Part shown: positions 18,129 through 29,464 of the stretch, one piece after another
Layout: every line of letters begins with the position of its first letter
Numbering within the stretch: the first letter of the stretch is position 1
Assembly (NCBI GenBank): GCA_037927135.1
Contig: JAXSPP010000001.1
Span: 268,938 to 332,937, forward strand
Length of the DNA: 64,000 nt
Origin: Candidatus Pampinifervens sinense
GTDB taxonomy: Bacteria; Aquificota; Aquificia; Aquificales; Aquificaceae
Reading direction: 5' to 3'
The notes under the pieces: model-generated
Told to the model about the DNA's origin: nothing
Database searches by the model: none
Seen by the model: only the letters and a program-made list of their open reading frames with translations
Made by a program: the position numbers and the translations under genes

Positions 18129-19662
18129 ATGAGTGCTGAGTCAAAAGTCTCTAAGAATTATCCTACAAAATTGATCCTTGCTCGGAACACAATTTTCAAT
18201 TTTATTGGACAGGCTATTCCTCTTATAGCAGGTATAATAACTTTACCATTTATAATTAAAGGCTTAGGTACACAACGTTTTGGCCTTCTATCCTTAGCTC
18301 TGGTTATTTTAGGGTATTTTGCGGTATTTGATTTAGGACTGGGACGAGCTACAACCAAATTCGTAGCCGAGTCTGTTGGCAAAGGTGAAAAAGAAAAAAT
18401 TTCTATAATAGTTTGGACTTCCGTTACTATTCAGTTTATCTTTGGCATGATAGGAACCTTTATATTTTTAGCTATAGTTCCTGTATTAGCTACAAAACTA
18501 TTGAATATTCCCCCAGAGCTTCAAACAGAAGCAAAATCTACCTTCTATATGCTTGCTTTTACTTTACCTATTCTTTTAATTTCAAGCTCCTTTAGAGGAG
18601 TTTTAGAAGCTTTTCAGAGATTTGATCTTGTAAATATAATAACAATTCCATCCAATAGTATGACTTTTATTTTGCCATTAATTGGCATTCACTTAGGATT
18701 AAGCCTACCATGGATAGTGGGATTAATTTTAGTTACACGTGTTATGACTTTGTTAACATATTTGTTTTTCTGTATTCATCTAGTGCCAAGCTTAAAACAA
18801 TATTCCTATTCCATTGAACTTTTTAAACATCTTTTTTCTTTTGGTTTCTGGATAATGATATCAAATATAGTCGGTCCAATTTTAGTATACTTAGATAGAT
18901 TCCTAATAGGTGTTTTTTCCTCTCTTTCTCAAGTTGCATACTATACAGCCCCTTATGAAGCTATAACACGTATATGGATAATTCCTTTTAGTCTTGTTTC
19001 TACACTCTTTCCCACATTTAGCTCGTTGAGTGCTATAAAAGATATAGAGAAAATAAAATCTCTCTTTTTTCGCTCTATTAAATATCTCCTAATAATACTT
19101 GGACCTATTATAATTTTCATACATAATAGTTTTTGCCCAAGAGCTTCTTATGGTGTGGTTAGGAAAAGATTTTGCTGAAAATAGTAAAGAAGTGGTTAGG
19201 ATTTTAGCTTTTGGAGTACTAATAAATTCCTTGGCACATATCCCATATGCTTTATTACAAAGCTCTGGGAGACCAAATCTAACTGCTAAATTTCATATTA
19301 TTGAGCTACCCATTTATTTTTTCCTAGCTCTCATATTAGTAAGTAAGTGGGGAATAAATGGTGCAGCAACTGTTTGGACACTTCGTGTAATTCTTGACAC
19401 AGCTCTTCTTTATGGTGCTACTTTTAAAATCTATAAATTCTCTTTTAACCTTTTTTCTTCTTACAAAATAACCAAAACCCTTTATACGTTGCTAATCTTT
19501 GGAAGCTTATTATACACAATAAAGATTTTAAGCTTTTTATTGCATTTCATAATTTTGCTTGTTTCATTTATAATATGTCTTTTGATTTTTCTTTGGTTTA
19601 TTTGGTCAAAGGTGCTTGACCAATCTGAAAAGGAGATTATTTTAGGAGGGTTAAGGCTATGA
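18129..19662 (+). CDS. wzx: Wzx-type polysaccharide flippase, split by an apparent frameshift near 19122
   Basis: ARNTIFNFIGQ, FDLGLGRA, YLDRFLIG; ORFs 18129-19178 and 19150-19662 join into one ~510-aa MOP-family protein. Confidence 0.82.
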
Positions 19663-20702
19663 ATCTTGAGGAGAGCATTCTTGTAGAGGAAGTAGAGACT
19701 TGTCCATTATGTGGAAAAAAGGGAAAATTGATATACAAAGACCTTAGAGACCGCCTCTTTAATGCTCCAGGTACATGGTCTCTTATGTACTGTCCAGAAT
19801 GTGATTTCATGTGGCTTAATCCACGACCTATAGAGAGTGAGATAGGGAAGTTATATCAAAACTATTTTACTCACGAACCGGTAAAGCCGAGTAAAAAGAA
19901 AGCTGCAAGCTTTCGCAAAGCATTAAAAGCTAAGATTTTGAATGACACTCTTGGATACGCCTTGGATGCGGAGTATAAAAACAAAGGTTTGGCCTTTTTA
20001 ATCTGGCTTTTATCCAAGATAGGACCTTTAAAGGAATTGGTTAGTGGAAGTTTAATGTGGCTTAGAGCAGAAGAAAGAGGAAAACTTTTAGATATTGGCT
20101 GTGGAAATGGTTATTTTTTAGCTCAAATGAGAGATTTAGGCTGGGATGTGGTTGGAGTGGAACCAGATCCTAATGCTGTAAAAGTAGCAAAAGAAGAGTA
20201 TGATTTAAATGTATTTTGTGGAGCCATAGAGGAAATAAAATTCCCAGAAAACAGTTTTGATGTTATTACTATGAACCATGTAATAGAACATGTGCTTGAT
20301 CCAATTACACTTTTATCAGAGTGTAAAAGAATCCTAAAACCTAATGGTAAATTGATAGTAATAACTCCAAATATTAAGAGTTTGGACCACAGATTTTTTA
20401 AACAAGATTGGAGAGGCTTAGAACCACCGCGCCATATATATCTTTTTTCATCGAGGTCTTTAATAACTTCTGCTGAAAAAGCAGGTTTAAAAGTAAAAAA
20501 GGTTTTTACTCCATCTAAGGGAGCTTACTTTATTTGGCTTGCAAGCAGATTAATTAGAAAAAATGGCAATCTTCCTGGAGGAACTCCGGAGAGAGTAAAT
20601 AAAAGTTATAAGCTTGAGGGCTTACTTTTTTGGGGACTTGAATACTTATTAACCAAGTTTTGGCATGTAGGAGAGGAAATTGTTATGGAGGCTGGGAAGT
20701 GA
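19659..20702 (+). CDS. Class I SAM-dependent methyltransferase with N-terminal Zn ribbon
   Basis: CPLCG/CPEC, LLDIGCGNG, FDVITMNHVIEH. Confidence 0.88.
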   Translation: MNLEESILVEEVETCPLCGKKGKLIYKDLRDRLFNAPGTWSLMYCPECDFMWLNPRPIESEIGKLYQNYFTHEPVKPSKKKAASFRKALKAKILNDTLGYALDAEYKNKGLAFLIWLLSKIGPLKELVSGSLMWLRAEERGKLLDIGCGNGYFLAQMRDLGWDVVGVEPDPNAVKVAKEEYDLNVFCGAIEEIKFPENSFDVITMNHVIEHVLDPITLLSECKRILKPNGKLIVITPNIKSLDHRFFKQDWRGLEPPRHIYLFSSRSLITSAEKAGLKVKKVFTPSKGAYFIWLASRLIRKNGNLPGGTPERVNKSYKLEGLLFWGLEYLLTKFWHVGEEIVMEAGK

Positions 20703-21966
20703 AAAAGAGGTTAAAGATAGATATTAAAAGTTTTATAACAACCCCTTATGGAGCCACGATTTTCCCAATAGTTCTCCTATTTATATCTTTTTTCTTGCCA
20801 CCTGAGGTATATGAATACTATGTAAAAGAGCCTAATTATATGTTTATGAATTTTTCTATGTTTTCTTTTGTCCTGATATGTGTTTTATACTATTACATTG
20901 GAGTTTTTATTTTTAGATTTAAACCAATTTTGAATTTAGATCCGCTAAGTAAAGTTCAAATTCCACCAGCTTTTATCAAATTCATAGCTTTAATAAACAT
21001 TCTACTATGCTTTTTATATCTATTTTTGATATTCTATTATCTTTCACAATATCTACAAATATCACCTATTGATATAGTTAAAGGGAAAGGACAATATATA
21101 AAGGATTATCTTGGATCAGCAGTAATCATCCCTTATGGATTGGGTGGCTTGCTAAACTTAAGTTTAGTTTTACAGATTTTTGTTTGTTATTACTATTATT
21201 ACGCATTTTATCTTGGAATAAACACACTGACGAAATATTTCTATGTTTCTTCAGCTGTTTTTATTATAACATCCATATTATCTGTAAATAGACCAGTTTT
21301 ATTTATTTATCTAATAAGCTGGTTTTTGATATATACTTTTTTTAAGAATAGAGTGGATTTAATTAAGAATTTGACCGGCCTATTTTTGGTTATTATTGTA
21401 CTGTTTATTATAATATCTTTAATTAGAGAGGGTAAGATAAATCTAACTTTTCTTCTGGATAGATTATCTGGCTATACCATAGCGGCATACAACAGACTGG
21501 CTTTGATCTTAAGTGGGGATTTGAGTTATGTTAAAGCGGGTATACCAGCTAATTTTTATTTACTCCCAGTGCTTAAAATTCCTTTGACGGATTTAGTTTT
21601 TCATGATTTCCGTGAATATTCAAGAATTTCATTAGAAACAGTTGGTTCAGCAGGACTAAATTCCTCCTATAATATGGCTACTTTATTCGGCGGAATTTAT
21701 CAAGCTGTTGGAATTGCAACTCCATTATATTTCTTCTTTCTGGGAGTTATTGGTAGTAGGTTGTATATAGCTTTTAAAAGAAGACACCCTTTTGGAATTT
21801 TGTTTTACCCCATCTTTTATGCCTCTGTAGCATTTTGGATGATAGATGTTAATGTGTTTTTTTGTTTTTCTCTCATTTTATAATATCATATATAGCTTTT
21901 GCAGTTATCCTTATTTTATATAAAATAATCGCTTCACTAACAAACGAAAGGGTTGAGCTAAAATGA
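20699..21966 (+). CDS. Putative O-antigen polymerase (Wzy-like); apparent frameshift in the T7 run at 21857-21863
   Basis: Very hydrophobic multi-TM, AT-rich ORF in the polysaccharide cluster; GTGA overlap at the start; one extra T extends it through another TM helix to an ATGA overlap with the next gene. Confidence 0.65.
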
Positions 21967-22838
21967 AAACTATGGCAATATATGTAACCTACAACCCGGA
22001 TATTGAGCTTTTAGCTAAATCTATTGAAAGTATATATCACCAAGTTGACAAGATTTATGTTGTTGATAATACACCTGGTGGTTGTAAAGAATTGGAAAGG
22101 TTTGCAAAATTAGAAAATATAGAAGTAATTTATCTTCTGGATAATTTTGGTATTGCATATGCTCAAAATGTGGGGATTAAAAAAGCTTTGGAAGAAGGTG
22201 CAGACTATATTATGCTCTCCGACCAAGATACAGTATATCCTGAGAACTATATAAAAGAGATGTTGAAGGGTTTTTCCTATGATGAAAAAGTTGCAGCTGT
22301 TGCTCCAAGGTTTGTGGATATAAATAAAGGTGCGGATTCTTTCTTTATAAGACCGGACTCATGCTTATTTAAGAAGTTTTATCCAAAAGATGGACTCCAT
22401 GAAATCATGTTTGCCATAGCCTCTGGTAAAATTATTAAAAGTGAGCTTTTAAAAGATATAGGATTAATGATGGAAGAGCTTTTTATAGATTGGGTAGATG
22501 TAGAGTGGTGTTTGAGGGCAAGAAAAAAAGGCTATAAAATTATTGGAAACGCTGATGTTATTATATACCATGGACACGGCTCAGGTTTTAAAAAAGTTTT
22601 ATTTAGAAAAATTACATTAAAAAGCCCTTTAAGACAGTACTATTATGTCAGAAATGCTTTTTATCTAGGATTATACTCTAACAATCTAAGCTTTGTATGC
22701 AGGTTGGTTCACCTTTTAAAGTCTATAAGATATATGATAGCTTACCCCCTTTTAGCCAAACCGCATCTTACCAATCTTAAATATTGTCTCCTTGGCTTTT
22801 GGCACGGAATTACAAAGAGATTAGGAAGGTTAGAATGA
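21963..22838 (+). CDS. GT2 family glycosyltransferase, rhamnosyltransferase-like (RfbF type)
   Basis: VTYNP, VVDN, NFGIAYAQNVG, LSDQD, IASG, LFIDWVDVEWCLRA. Confidence 0.88.
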   Translation: MKTMAIYVTYNPDIELLAKSIESIYHQVDKIYVVDNTPGGCKELERFAKLENIEVIYLLDNFGIAYAQNVGIKKALEEGADYIMLSDQDTVYPENYIKEMLKGFSYDEKVAAVAPRFVDINKGADSFFIRPDSCLFKKFYPKDGLHEIMFAIASGKIIKSELLKDIGLMMEELFIDWVDVEWCLRARKKGYKIIGNADVIIYHGHGSGFKKVLFRKITLKSPLRQYYYVRNAFYLGLYSNNLSFVCRLVHLLKSIRYMIAYPLLAKPHLTNLKYCLLGFWHGITKRLGRLE

Positions 22839-23670
22839 CCCACCTTTACGGCTCTATTGTACTTTATCACAACAAAAAAGAGCAAGTGTTAAAGGCTATA
22901 AATAGCTTTCTTAATACTGAGCTAAAGGTTAAGCTATTTTTAGTAGATAACTCCTCTGATGATAGTTTGGAAGATCTTAAAAAAAATAGACCCAAGAATA
23001 GAATACATCTTTAACAACGCAAACCTTGGCTACGGGAAAGCTCATAATATAGCTATTAGGAGGTCCATAGAGGATAATGTGCCATACCATCTTGTGCTAA
23101 ATCCTGATGTTTATTTTGAAAAGGGAGTTTTGGAAAAGCTTTATGAATATATGGAAAATCATCCAGATGTGGGGAATGTTATGCCAAAAGTGGTTTGCCC
23201 AGATGGGTCTATCCAGTATTTATGCAAGCTTCTCCCAACGCCAATAGACCTATTTGTTAGAAGATTTATTCCTTTCAAATCCATAAAAGAAAAATTAAAC
23301 TATAACTATGAACTTAGATGGACAGGATATAACATAGAGATGAATGTACCATTTCTCTCAGGCTGTTTTATGTTTTTAAGAGTTTCTGTGCTAAAAGAAG
23401 TGGGTCTTTTTGATGAGAGATTTTTATGTATGGAGAGGATACGGATTTAAATAGAAGAATACACAGGAAATATAAAACTATGTTTTATCCTTACTGCACT
23501 GTGGTACATGAACATGGTAGAGAATCTTATAAAAGCTTTAAAATGCTTAAAATTCATGTAATTAATATGGCAAAATACTTCAATAAATGGGGATGGTTTT
23601 TGACAAAGAAAGAGATAGAATAAACAAAAAGGCCATAGAGGAGATAAAAAGGTCCTTAGGTATTACGTAA
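22835..23670 (+). pseudogene. GT2 glycosyltransferase (WbbL-like) broken by three homopolymer frameshifts; real or assembly error
   Basis: Fragments SIVLYH..VDNS / NLGYGKAHN..VLNPD..GCFM..FDERF / MYGEDTDL..WGWF join at A8 (22979-22986), T5 (23421-23425) and T5 (23597-23601); restored frame ends at TAA 23670. Confidence 0.8.
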
Positions 23671-24505
23671 GATCTAAACAAACCCTTTCTAACTCCTCTC
23701 TCCACTCTCTAATCTCTATATCCAGCTCTTTGCTTATCTTTTCATTGCTCATAGCTGACCATCTTGGCCTTTTGGCTGGTAGGTTAAAGTCCGATTGGTA
23801 TGCTGGGTAGATAAACTTGTTTATGCCCTTTAATTTGAAAAACTCTTTGGCCCACTCATACCTTGAGGCATAGCCAGAGTTGGTAAGGTGATAAAGGCCC
23901 GTTAGCTCCTTTGAAATAGCCTTTAGGGAGACCTCCACTATGGTGGTAGTAGAAGTAGGCACAGAAAACTCATCGCAAGCTACCTTTAAAATGTCATTAT
24001 TTTTGGACCACTCAAGGAGTTTATAGAGGAAGTTTTGGCTTCCGCTTCCGTAGACCCAGCTAACTCTAAGGATAAGATAGTCTTCAAGAGTGTTTCTTAT
24101 GACCTCTTCTCCCAATAGTTTGGAAAGAGCATATTTATTCAAAGGGTTTGGAGTGTCCTCTTCTGTGTATAGGCCTTCCTTTTTTCCATCAAAAACATAG
24201 TCGGTAGAATAATGAACAAGCTTTGCCTTCACTTCCAAAGATGCCAAGGCAAGGTTATAAACTCCCTGCACATTTACCTTGTAAGCACTATGAAAGTCTG
24301 TTTCAGCCTTATCCACATAATTGTAGGCTGCACAGTTTAAAATCACGTGGGGCTTGTATTCTCTTACCACCTTTATAACTTCCCAAAAATTGGAAATGTC
24401 CAAAGTATTCCTATCAAGGGCAAGAAAGTCTGCCTTTACACTTCCTAAGGCTTTTATAAACTCCTTGGCAAGCTGCCCTTTGGCACCTGTGATTAGGTAC
24501 TTCAA
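23663..24505 (-). CDS. rfbD: dTDP-4-dehydrorhamnose reductase
   Basis: LITGAKGQL, NCAAYNYVDKAE, STDYVFDG, YALSK. Confidence 0.95.
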   Translation of the reverse strand: MKYLITGAKGQLAKEFIKALGSVKADFLALDRNTLDISNFWEVIKVVREYKPHVILNCAAYNYVDKAETDFHSAYKVNVQGVYNLALASLEVKAKLVHYSTDYVFDGKKEGLYTEEDTPNPLNKYALSKLLGEEVIRNTLEDYLILRVSWVYGSGSQNFLYKLLEWSKNNDILKVACDEFSVPTSTTTIVEVSLKAISKELTGLYHLTNSGYASRYEWAKEFFKLKGINKFIYPAYQSDFNLPAKRPRWSAMSNEKISKELDIEIREWREELERVCLDLT

Positions 24506-25497
24506 GAGTACACCTTCCTCCAGAGGTTTTTAAGCTCCTCTTCCTTCTCTTGGACCCAGTCTAAGTGATTTAGATAAAAATCTACGGTAAGCCTTAGGCC
24601 TTCTTCAAAGTCTGTTTTTATGCTAAAACCGAGCTCTCTTTTTATCTTTTGGCTGCTCATCCTGTACCTAAAATCATGCCCTGGCCTGTCCTTTACAAAG
24701 GAAATAAGGTCCTCTGGCTTTCCAAGGATCCTTAGAATGGCCTTTACCACCTCTAAGTTTTCCTTTTCTATGCCGCTACCAAGGTTATAAACCTCTCCTA
24801 CCTTTCCCTTTTCCATAACAGTCAAAACACCTTCCGCACAATCTTTTACATAAAGCCATTCCCTTCTATTCTTCCCTGTGCCATATACTGGTATAGGTTC
24901 GTTCCTTATGGCCTTTAGGATTACCACTGGTATAAGCTTTTCTGGATACTGCCATGGTCCATAATTGTTGGAAGGCCTAACTGTAATAACCGGTAGGTTA
25001 TAGGTTCGGTAGTAGGCTCTTCCAAGCATGTCTGCAGAGGCTTTGGAGGCAGAGTAGGGTGAGTTAGGCCTAAGGCAAGAATCTTCCGTAAACTCGCCTT
25101 CCAAATCTTCCAGCTCTCCATAGACCTCATCGGTAGATATGTTTATAAACCTTTCCACTTCAAACTTTTTTGAAAGGTCAAGTAAGTTAAAGGTGCCTTC
25201 CACGTTGGTTTTTATAAAGGATAATGGGTCTAAGATGCTTCTGTCTACATGACTTTCTGCCGCAAAATGCACCACCATATCTGGCTTTTCTTCCCTAAAG
25301 ACCTTTTCCAAACTCTCCCTGTCTGTTATATCCACCTGAAAAAACTTTATATGTTTTATCACATCTTCAAGCCTTCTTAGGTCTCCTGCATAAGTTAGCT
25401 TATCCAAAGCCAAGATATCATATCCCTTCTCCAAGGCCACCTTTACAAAATGACTTCCAATAAAGCCTGCTGCTCCTGTAATAAGCACTTTTTTCAA
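24502..25497 (-). CDS. rfbB: dTDP-glucose 4,6-dehydratase
   Basis: TGAAGFIGS, FAAESHVDRSI, STDEVYG, SPYSASKA. Confidence 0.96.
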   Translation of the reverse strand: MKKVLITGAAGFIGSHFVKVALEKGYDILALDKLTYAGDLRRLEDVIKHIKFFQVDITDRESLEKVFREEKPDMVVHFAAESHVDRSILDPLSFIKTNVEGTFNLLDLSKKFEVERFINISTDEVYGELEDLEGEFTEDSCLRPNSPYSASKASADMLGRAYYRTYNLPVITVRPSNNYGPWQYPEKLIPVVILKAIRNEPIPVYGTGKNRREWLYVKDCAEGVLTVMEKGKVGEVYNLGSGIEKENLEVVKAILRILGKPEDLISFVKDRPGHDFRYRMSSQKIKRELGFSIKTDFEEGLRLTVDFYLNHLDWVQEKEEELKNLWRKVYS

Positions 25498-26060
25498 AGT
25501 AGGTCCTCCTCTTTTAAGTCTTTAAGATAGGGCAATCTCTTGTCCTTCTCCGAAAGGATCAAAAGGTTTGGGTCCTTTATGGGCCAATCTATGGCAAGGT
25601 CTGGGTCATCAAACCTTATGCCTGCATCATGCCCGGGAGAGTATTCTGAGTGGGAGACCTTATAGATAACCTCTGCATAATCGGATAGGACCAAAAAGCC
25701 ATGGGCAAAGCCTGGGGGTATCCAAAGCATAAGCTGGTTTTCTTCCGAAAGCCTAATGCCAAACCACTTCCCAAAGGTTTTGCTTCCCTTTCTAATATCC
25801 ACAGCCACGTCAAATATCTCACCTTTAACACACCTTACCAGCTTTCCTTGAACCTTTGGCTTCTTTTGATAGTGTAGCCCTCTTAAGGTACCTTTAACAG
25901 AGGCTGAATGATTATCTTGTAAAAACTCCACCTCTATTCCATTTTTGTAAAACTCTGACCTTTTGTAAAACTCCAAGAAAAAGCCTCTCTCATCCCTAAA
26001 GACCTTTGGCCTTATTAAAACCAAGCCCTCAAGTTCAAGCCTCTCAAACTCAAAGGGCAT
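25494..26060 (-). CDS. rfbC: dTDP-4-dehydrorhamnose 3,5-epimerase
   Basis: DERGFF, QDNHS, LRGLHYQ, GFAHGF; start moved to ATG of MPFEFE. Confidence 0.95.
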   Translation of the reverse strand: MPFEFERLELEGLVLIRPKVFRDERGFFLEFYKRSEFYKNGIEVEFLQDNHSASVKGTLRGLHYQKKPKVQGKLVRCVKGEIFDVAVDIRKGSKTFGKWFGIRLSEENQLMLWIPPGFAHGFLVLSDYAEVIYKVSHSEYSPGHDAGIRFDDPDLAIDWPIKDPNLLILSEKDKRLPYLKDLKEEDLL

Positions 26061-26940
26061 GCTCTTCCTCCACAAGCTTTATAAGATATCTTCCATAATC
26101 TGTTTTTGAGAGAGGTTTTGCAAGCTCAAGAAGCTCCTCTTTACTAATCCATCCGTTCCTGTAGGCTATTTCTTCCAAGCAACCTATCATAAGCCCCGTT
26201 TTGTTTTCAATGGTGGAAACAAAGTGGCTTGCTTCCAAAAAGCTATCATAAGTTCCTGCATCAAACCAAGCAAAGCCCCTTCCAAGGGTCTTAACCTTTA
26301 GCTCTCCTATGTTTATGTATTCCTGAAGAACAGAGGTTATCTCAAGCTCTCCCCTCTCGGAAGGCTTTACCCTTTTGGCAAACTCTACAACCTTTTTGTC
26401 AAAGAAGTAAATGCCTATAACCGCAAAATGGGATTTGGGATGCTTTGGCTTTTCTTCTATGCTTATAACCCTTCCCTTTTCATCAAACTCCACAATACCA
26501 AACCTGTGAGGGTCTTTTACATAATACCCAAAGGTATAGGCACCAGTCTTGCCCTCTTCCACCTCCCTTTTTGCCTGATCAAGCTCCTTCCATACATTGT
26601 GTCCATACAAAAGGTTATCACCAAGTAAATACATAACATTGGAGTCTTTTATAAAATCCTCTGTAAGGATCAAACCCTCTGCAAGGCCGTTAGGCTTTTC
26701 TTGAAAAACATAGCTCACATTTAACCCAAGCCTTTGAAGAACTTCAAAAAGCTTTAAAAACATAGGCTCATCTTCCGGGTTTATCACAAAGACAATATCC
26801 CTAATCTTTAAAAGCATAACTAAGGAAATGGGATAATAGATCATGGGCTTGTTGTAAATGGGAAGAAAATGCTTGTTTATAAGCTTTGTGGTTGGATATA
26901 GCCTTGTGCCACTTCCCCCTGCAAGGATAACAGCTTTCAT
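26050..26940 (-). CDS. rfbA: Glucose-1-phosphate thymidylyltransferase
   Basis: [40 protein letters not shown]; start moved to ATG of MKAVIL. Confidence 0.95.
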   Translation of the reverse strand: MKAVILAGGSGTRLYPTTKLINKHFLPIYNKPMIYYPISLVMLLKIRDIVFVINPEDEPMFLKLFEVLQRLGLNVSYVFQEKPNGLAEGLILTEDFIKDSNVMYLLGDNLLYGHNVWKELDQAKREVEEGKTGAYTFGYYVKDPHRFGIVEFDEKGRVISIEEKPKHPKSHFAVIGIYFFDKKVVEFAKRVKPSERGELEITSVLQEYINIGELKVKTLGRGFAWFDAGTYDSFLEASHFVSTIENKTGLMIGCLEEIAYRNGWISKEELLELAKPLSKTDYGRYLIKLVEEEHAL

Positions 26941-26951
26941 ATCATACCCCA

Positions 26952-27638
26952 CTATTTTTCTGTTTTAAGCCAATCATAAAACAAAGATATAAATATGCTT
27001 AAAAGAAAGGCGGAAAAAGTGGAAAGAAAGACTATTTTAAACCTTTTGGGAGAATATGGCTCGTAGGGCGTTTCTGGCATGCTGGTGATTATAAGATAGT
27101 TAATATCTTTGCCCGGTGAGTAAAGCTGGTTGATTCTATTGTTTACTTCTTTTATGAGGGCAAGGTTAAACTTGGCTGCAACCTCGGGAGAAGAGTGAAT
27201 TACTTCAATCTTTATGCTTCCATCCTTTTTATCAACATCTGCTTTTATCTTAAATTCTTTTTCAAGTTGCTCTAAAGGCGATTTATACTTGAAAGAATTA
27301 TAAAGGCCTAAGGATTTTAAAACAGAGATGGCTACATCTTCACTGTTGAAGTAGGGTAGTATAATGTTTGTATTGACTTCAACGTTAAGGTTTATAATAG
27401 TGTTATTGCTATATTCTTTAAGGATGTCTTTTAGCCTACTTATTCCCACCTTTTTAAACTCCATTAAATTTGGAACCACACTTGACTGAGATTTGTATTT
27501 GGGTTTAATCATATTTACCACCACCGTAGAAGCTATGAAAGCAAAGACGGTAAAAATTAATATAAAGGCCTTATACTTCCAAAGCTTTAATAAGAGTTCT
27601 CTTAGGTCTATCTCTTCGTTTAGGTTTTTTCCCTCCAT
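26952..27638 (-). CDS. Wzz-like chain-length determinant
   Basis: [17 protein letters not shown]-terminal TM, PYSPKR before C-terminal TM. Confidence 0.8.
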   Translation of the reverse strand: MEGKNLNEEIDLRELLLKLWKYKAFILIFTVFAFIASTVVVNMIKPKYKSQSSVVPNLMEFKKVGISRLKDILKEYSNNTIINLNVEVNTNIILPYFNSEDVAISVLKSLGLYNSFKYKSPLEQLEKEFKIKADVDKKDGSIKIEVIHSSPEVAAKFNLALIKEVNNRINQLYSPGKDINYLIITSMPETPYEPYSPKRFKIVFLSTFSAFLLSIFISLFYDWLKTEK

Positions 27639-27683
27639 GGTTGATAGATATTATAAAGCACTCCTACCTTATAATTTTACTCC

Positions 27684-29462
27684 ATGTGTGGAATAATAGG
27701 CTATGTGGGGTCCAATCCTGCCCTTTTGGTGCTACTGCAGGGGCTTGAGAGGCTTGAGTATAGAGGGTATGATTCTGCCGGTGTGGCTCTCATAGAGAAC
27801 GGGAGCCTCTATGTGGAGAAGAAGGTGGGAAAGATAAGGGAGCTGGTGAGAAGCCTGTGGGGGAAGGAGCTGAAGGCTGTGGCTGGCATAGGGCATACCA
27901 GATGGGCTACCCATGGTGAGGTCTGCGAGCTAAACGCTCATCCTCACACAGATAATAGGGGGGAGTTTGCCGTTGTACACAACGGCATTATAGAAAACTA
28001 CAGAGAGCTAAAGGAGGAGTTAGAAAGGCAAGGTGTGGAGTATAGGTCCCAGACGGACACGGAGGCCATAGTGCATCTTATAGCCCTAAATTACGATGGG
28101 GACCTCCTTAGGACGGTTTTAAAAGTTATAAAAAGGCTAAAGGGAGCTTACGCCTTTGCCGTCATATCCACAAAGGAGCCAAACAGGATTGTGGCCGTAA
28201 GGTATGGAAGCCCTCTGGTGGTGGGTGTGGGAAAGGGTGAAAACTTTATAGCCTCGGACATACCAGCCCTCTTGCCCTTTACAAGGACCGTTATACCCTT
28301 GGGGGATGGTGAGGTGGTAGATTTAAGGCCCGATGGCTTCTTTATATACGATTTTGAGGGGAACCTACTTACAAAGGAAGTCATGCATATCGCTTGGGAT
28401 GTTATCTCTGCAGAGAAGGGAGGCTTTAAGCATTTTATGCTAAAGGAGATCTTTGAACAGCCAAGGACCTTAGGAGATACCATAAAAGGCTACATATCCA
28501 GAGATTATGAGATGCCCATAAACCTTAAGGATTTTAGGCGTGTGCTTGTGGTGGCCTGCGGCACCTCCTACCATGCGGGCCTTGTAGGAAAGTATTGGAT
28601 TGAGAAGTATGCCAAGGTGCCGGTGGAGGTGGTTTATGCCTCTGAACTAAGATACTCGGACAGCCCTGTGGACGAGAGGGACTTAGTGCTTGCCATATCT
28701 CAGTCGGGTGAGACTGCGGACACGAGGTTTTCTGCCCTTGCCATGAAGGAAAGGGGTGCCACTCTTTTGTCCATAGTGAACGTGATAGGGAGCGCCCTTG
28801 ACAGGGAGTCGGATTACACCCTTTATACCCATGCTGGTCCAGAGATAGGCGTGGCGGCTACAAAGACCTTTACGGCCCAGTTGGCCGTGCTTTATGCCCT
28901 TGCCATAAGCCACTCGGAAGAAAGACAAAGCCTGATGGACGGCCTTTTAAAGGTGCCACACCTTGTGGAAGAGGTGCTATCCGATGCGGAGGCAATAAGA
29001 AGCTTAGCTCTAAAGTATGCCGATTACAAGAATGTGCTTTATCTGGGTAGGTATTTGAGCTATCCCGTTGCCCTTGAGGGGGCTTTAAAGCTCAAAGAGA
29101 TCTCCTACATACACGCTGAGGGCTACCCTGCGGGGGAGATGAAGCATGGGCCCATAGCCCTTATAGATGAAAAGACTCCTACGGTAGCTGTGGCACCAAA
29201 GGACAGGGTCTATGAAAAGATCCTTTCCAACATAGAGGAGGTTTTGGCAAGAAAGGGGAAGGTCTTGGGAGTGGGCTTTAAGGGTGATGAAAACCTCAAA
29301 AGGCTTTGCACAGACATCATAGAAGTTCCTCCCATTGAAGAGGATCTCACTCCCTTCTTGACCGTAGTGCCTCTGCAACTCTTTGCTTACTACATAGCGG
29401 ACTACCTTGGCCTTGATGTGGACCAGCCAAGGAACTTGGCAAAGACGGTCACCGTTGAGTAA
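27684..29462 (+). CDS. glmS: Glutamine--fructose-6-phosphate aminotransferase
   Basis: MCGIIG, LEYRGYDSAG, GHTRWATHG, SQSGET, PRNLAKTVTVE. Confidence 0.98.
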   Translation: MCGIIGYVGSNPALLVLLQGLERLEYRGYDSAGVALIENGSLYVEKKVGKIRELVRSLWGKELKAVAGIGHTRWATHGEVCELNAHPHTDNRGEFAVVHNGIIENYRELKEELERQGVEYRSQTDTEAIVHLIALNYDGDLLRTVLKVIKRLKGAYAFAVISTKEPNRIVAVRYGSPLVVGVGKGENFIASDIPALLPFTRTVIPLGDGEVVDLRPDGFFIYDFEGNLLTKEVMHIAWDVISAEKGGFKHFMLKEIFEQPRTLGDTIKGYISRDYEMPINLKDFRRVLVVACGTSYHAGLVGKYWIEKYAKVPVEVVYASELRYSDSPVDERDLVLAISQSGETADTRFSALAMKERGATLLSIVNVIGSALDRESDYTLYTHAGPEIGVAATKTFTAQLAVLYALAISHSEERQSLMDGLLKVPHLVEEVLSDAEAIRSLALKYADYKNVLYLGRYLSYPVALEGALKLKEISYIHAEGYPAGEMKHGPIALIDEKTPTVAVAPKDRVYEKILSNIEEVLARKGKVLGVGFKGDENLKRLCTDIIEVPPIEEDLTPFLTVVPLQLFAYYIADYLGLDVDQPRNLAKTVTVE

Positions 29463-29464
29463 AT

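Noticed and set aside
19150..19662. Separate 170-aa membrane protein gene
   Set aside because: It is the C-terminal part of the Wzx flippase in a shifted frame
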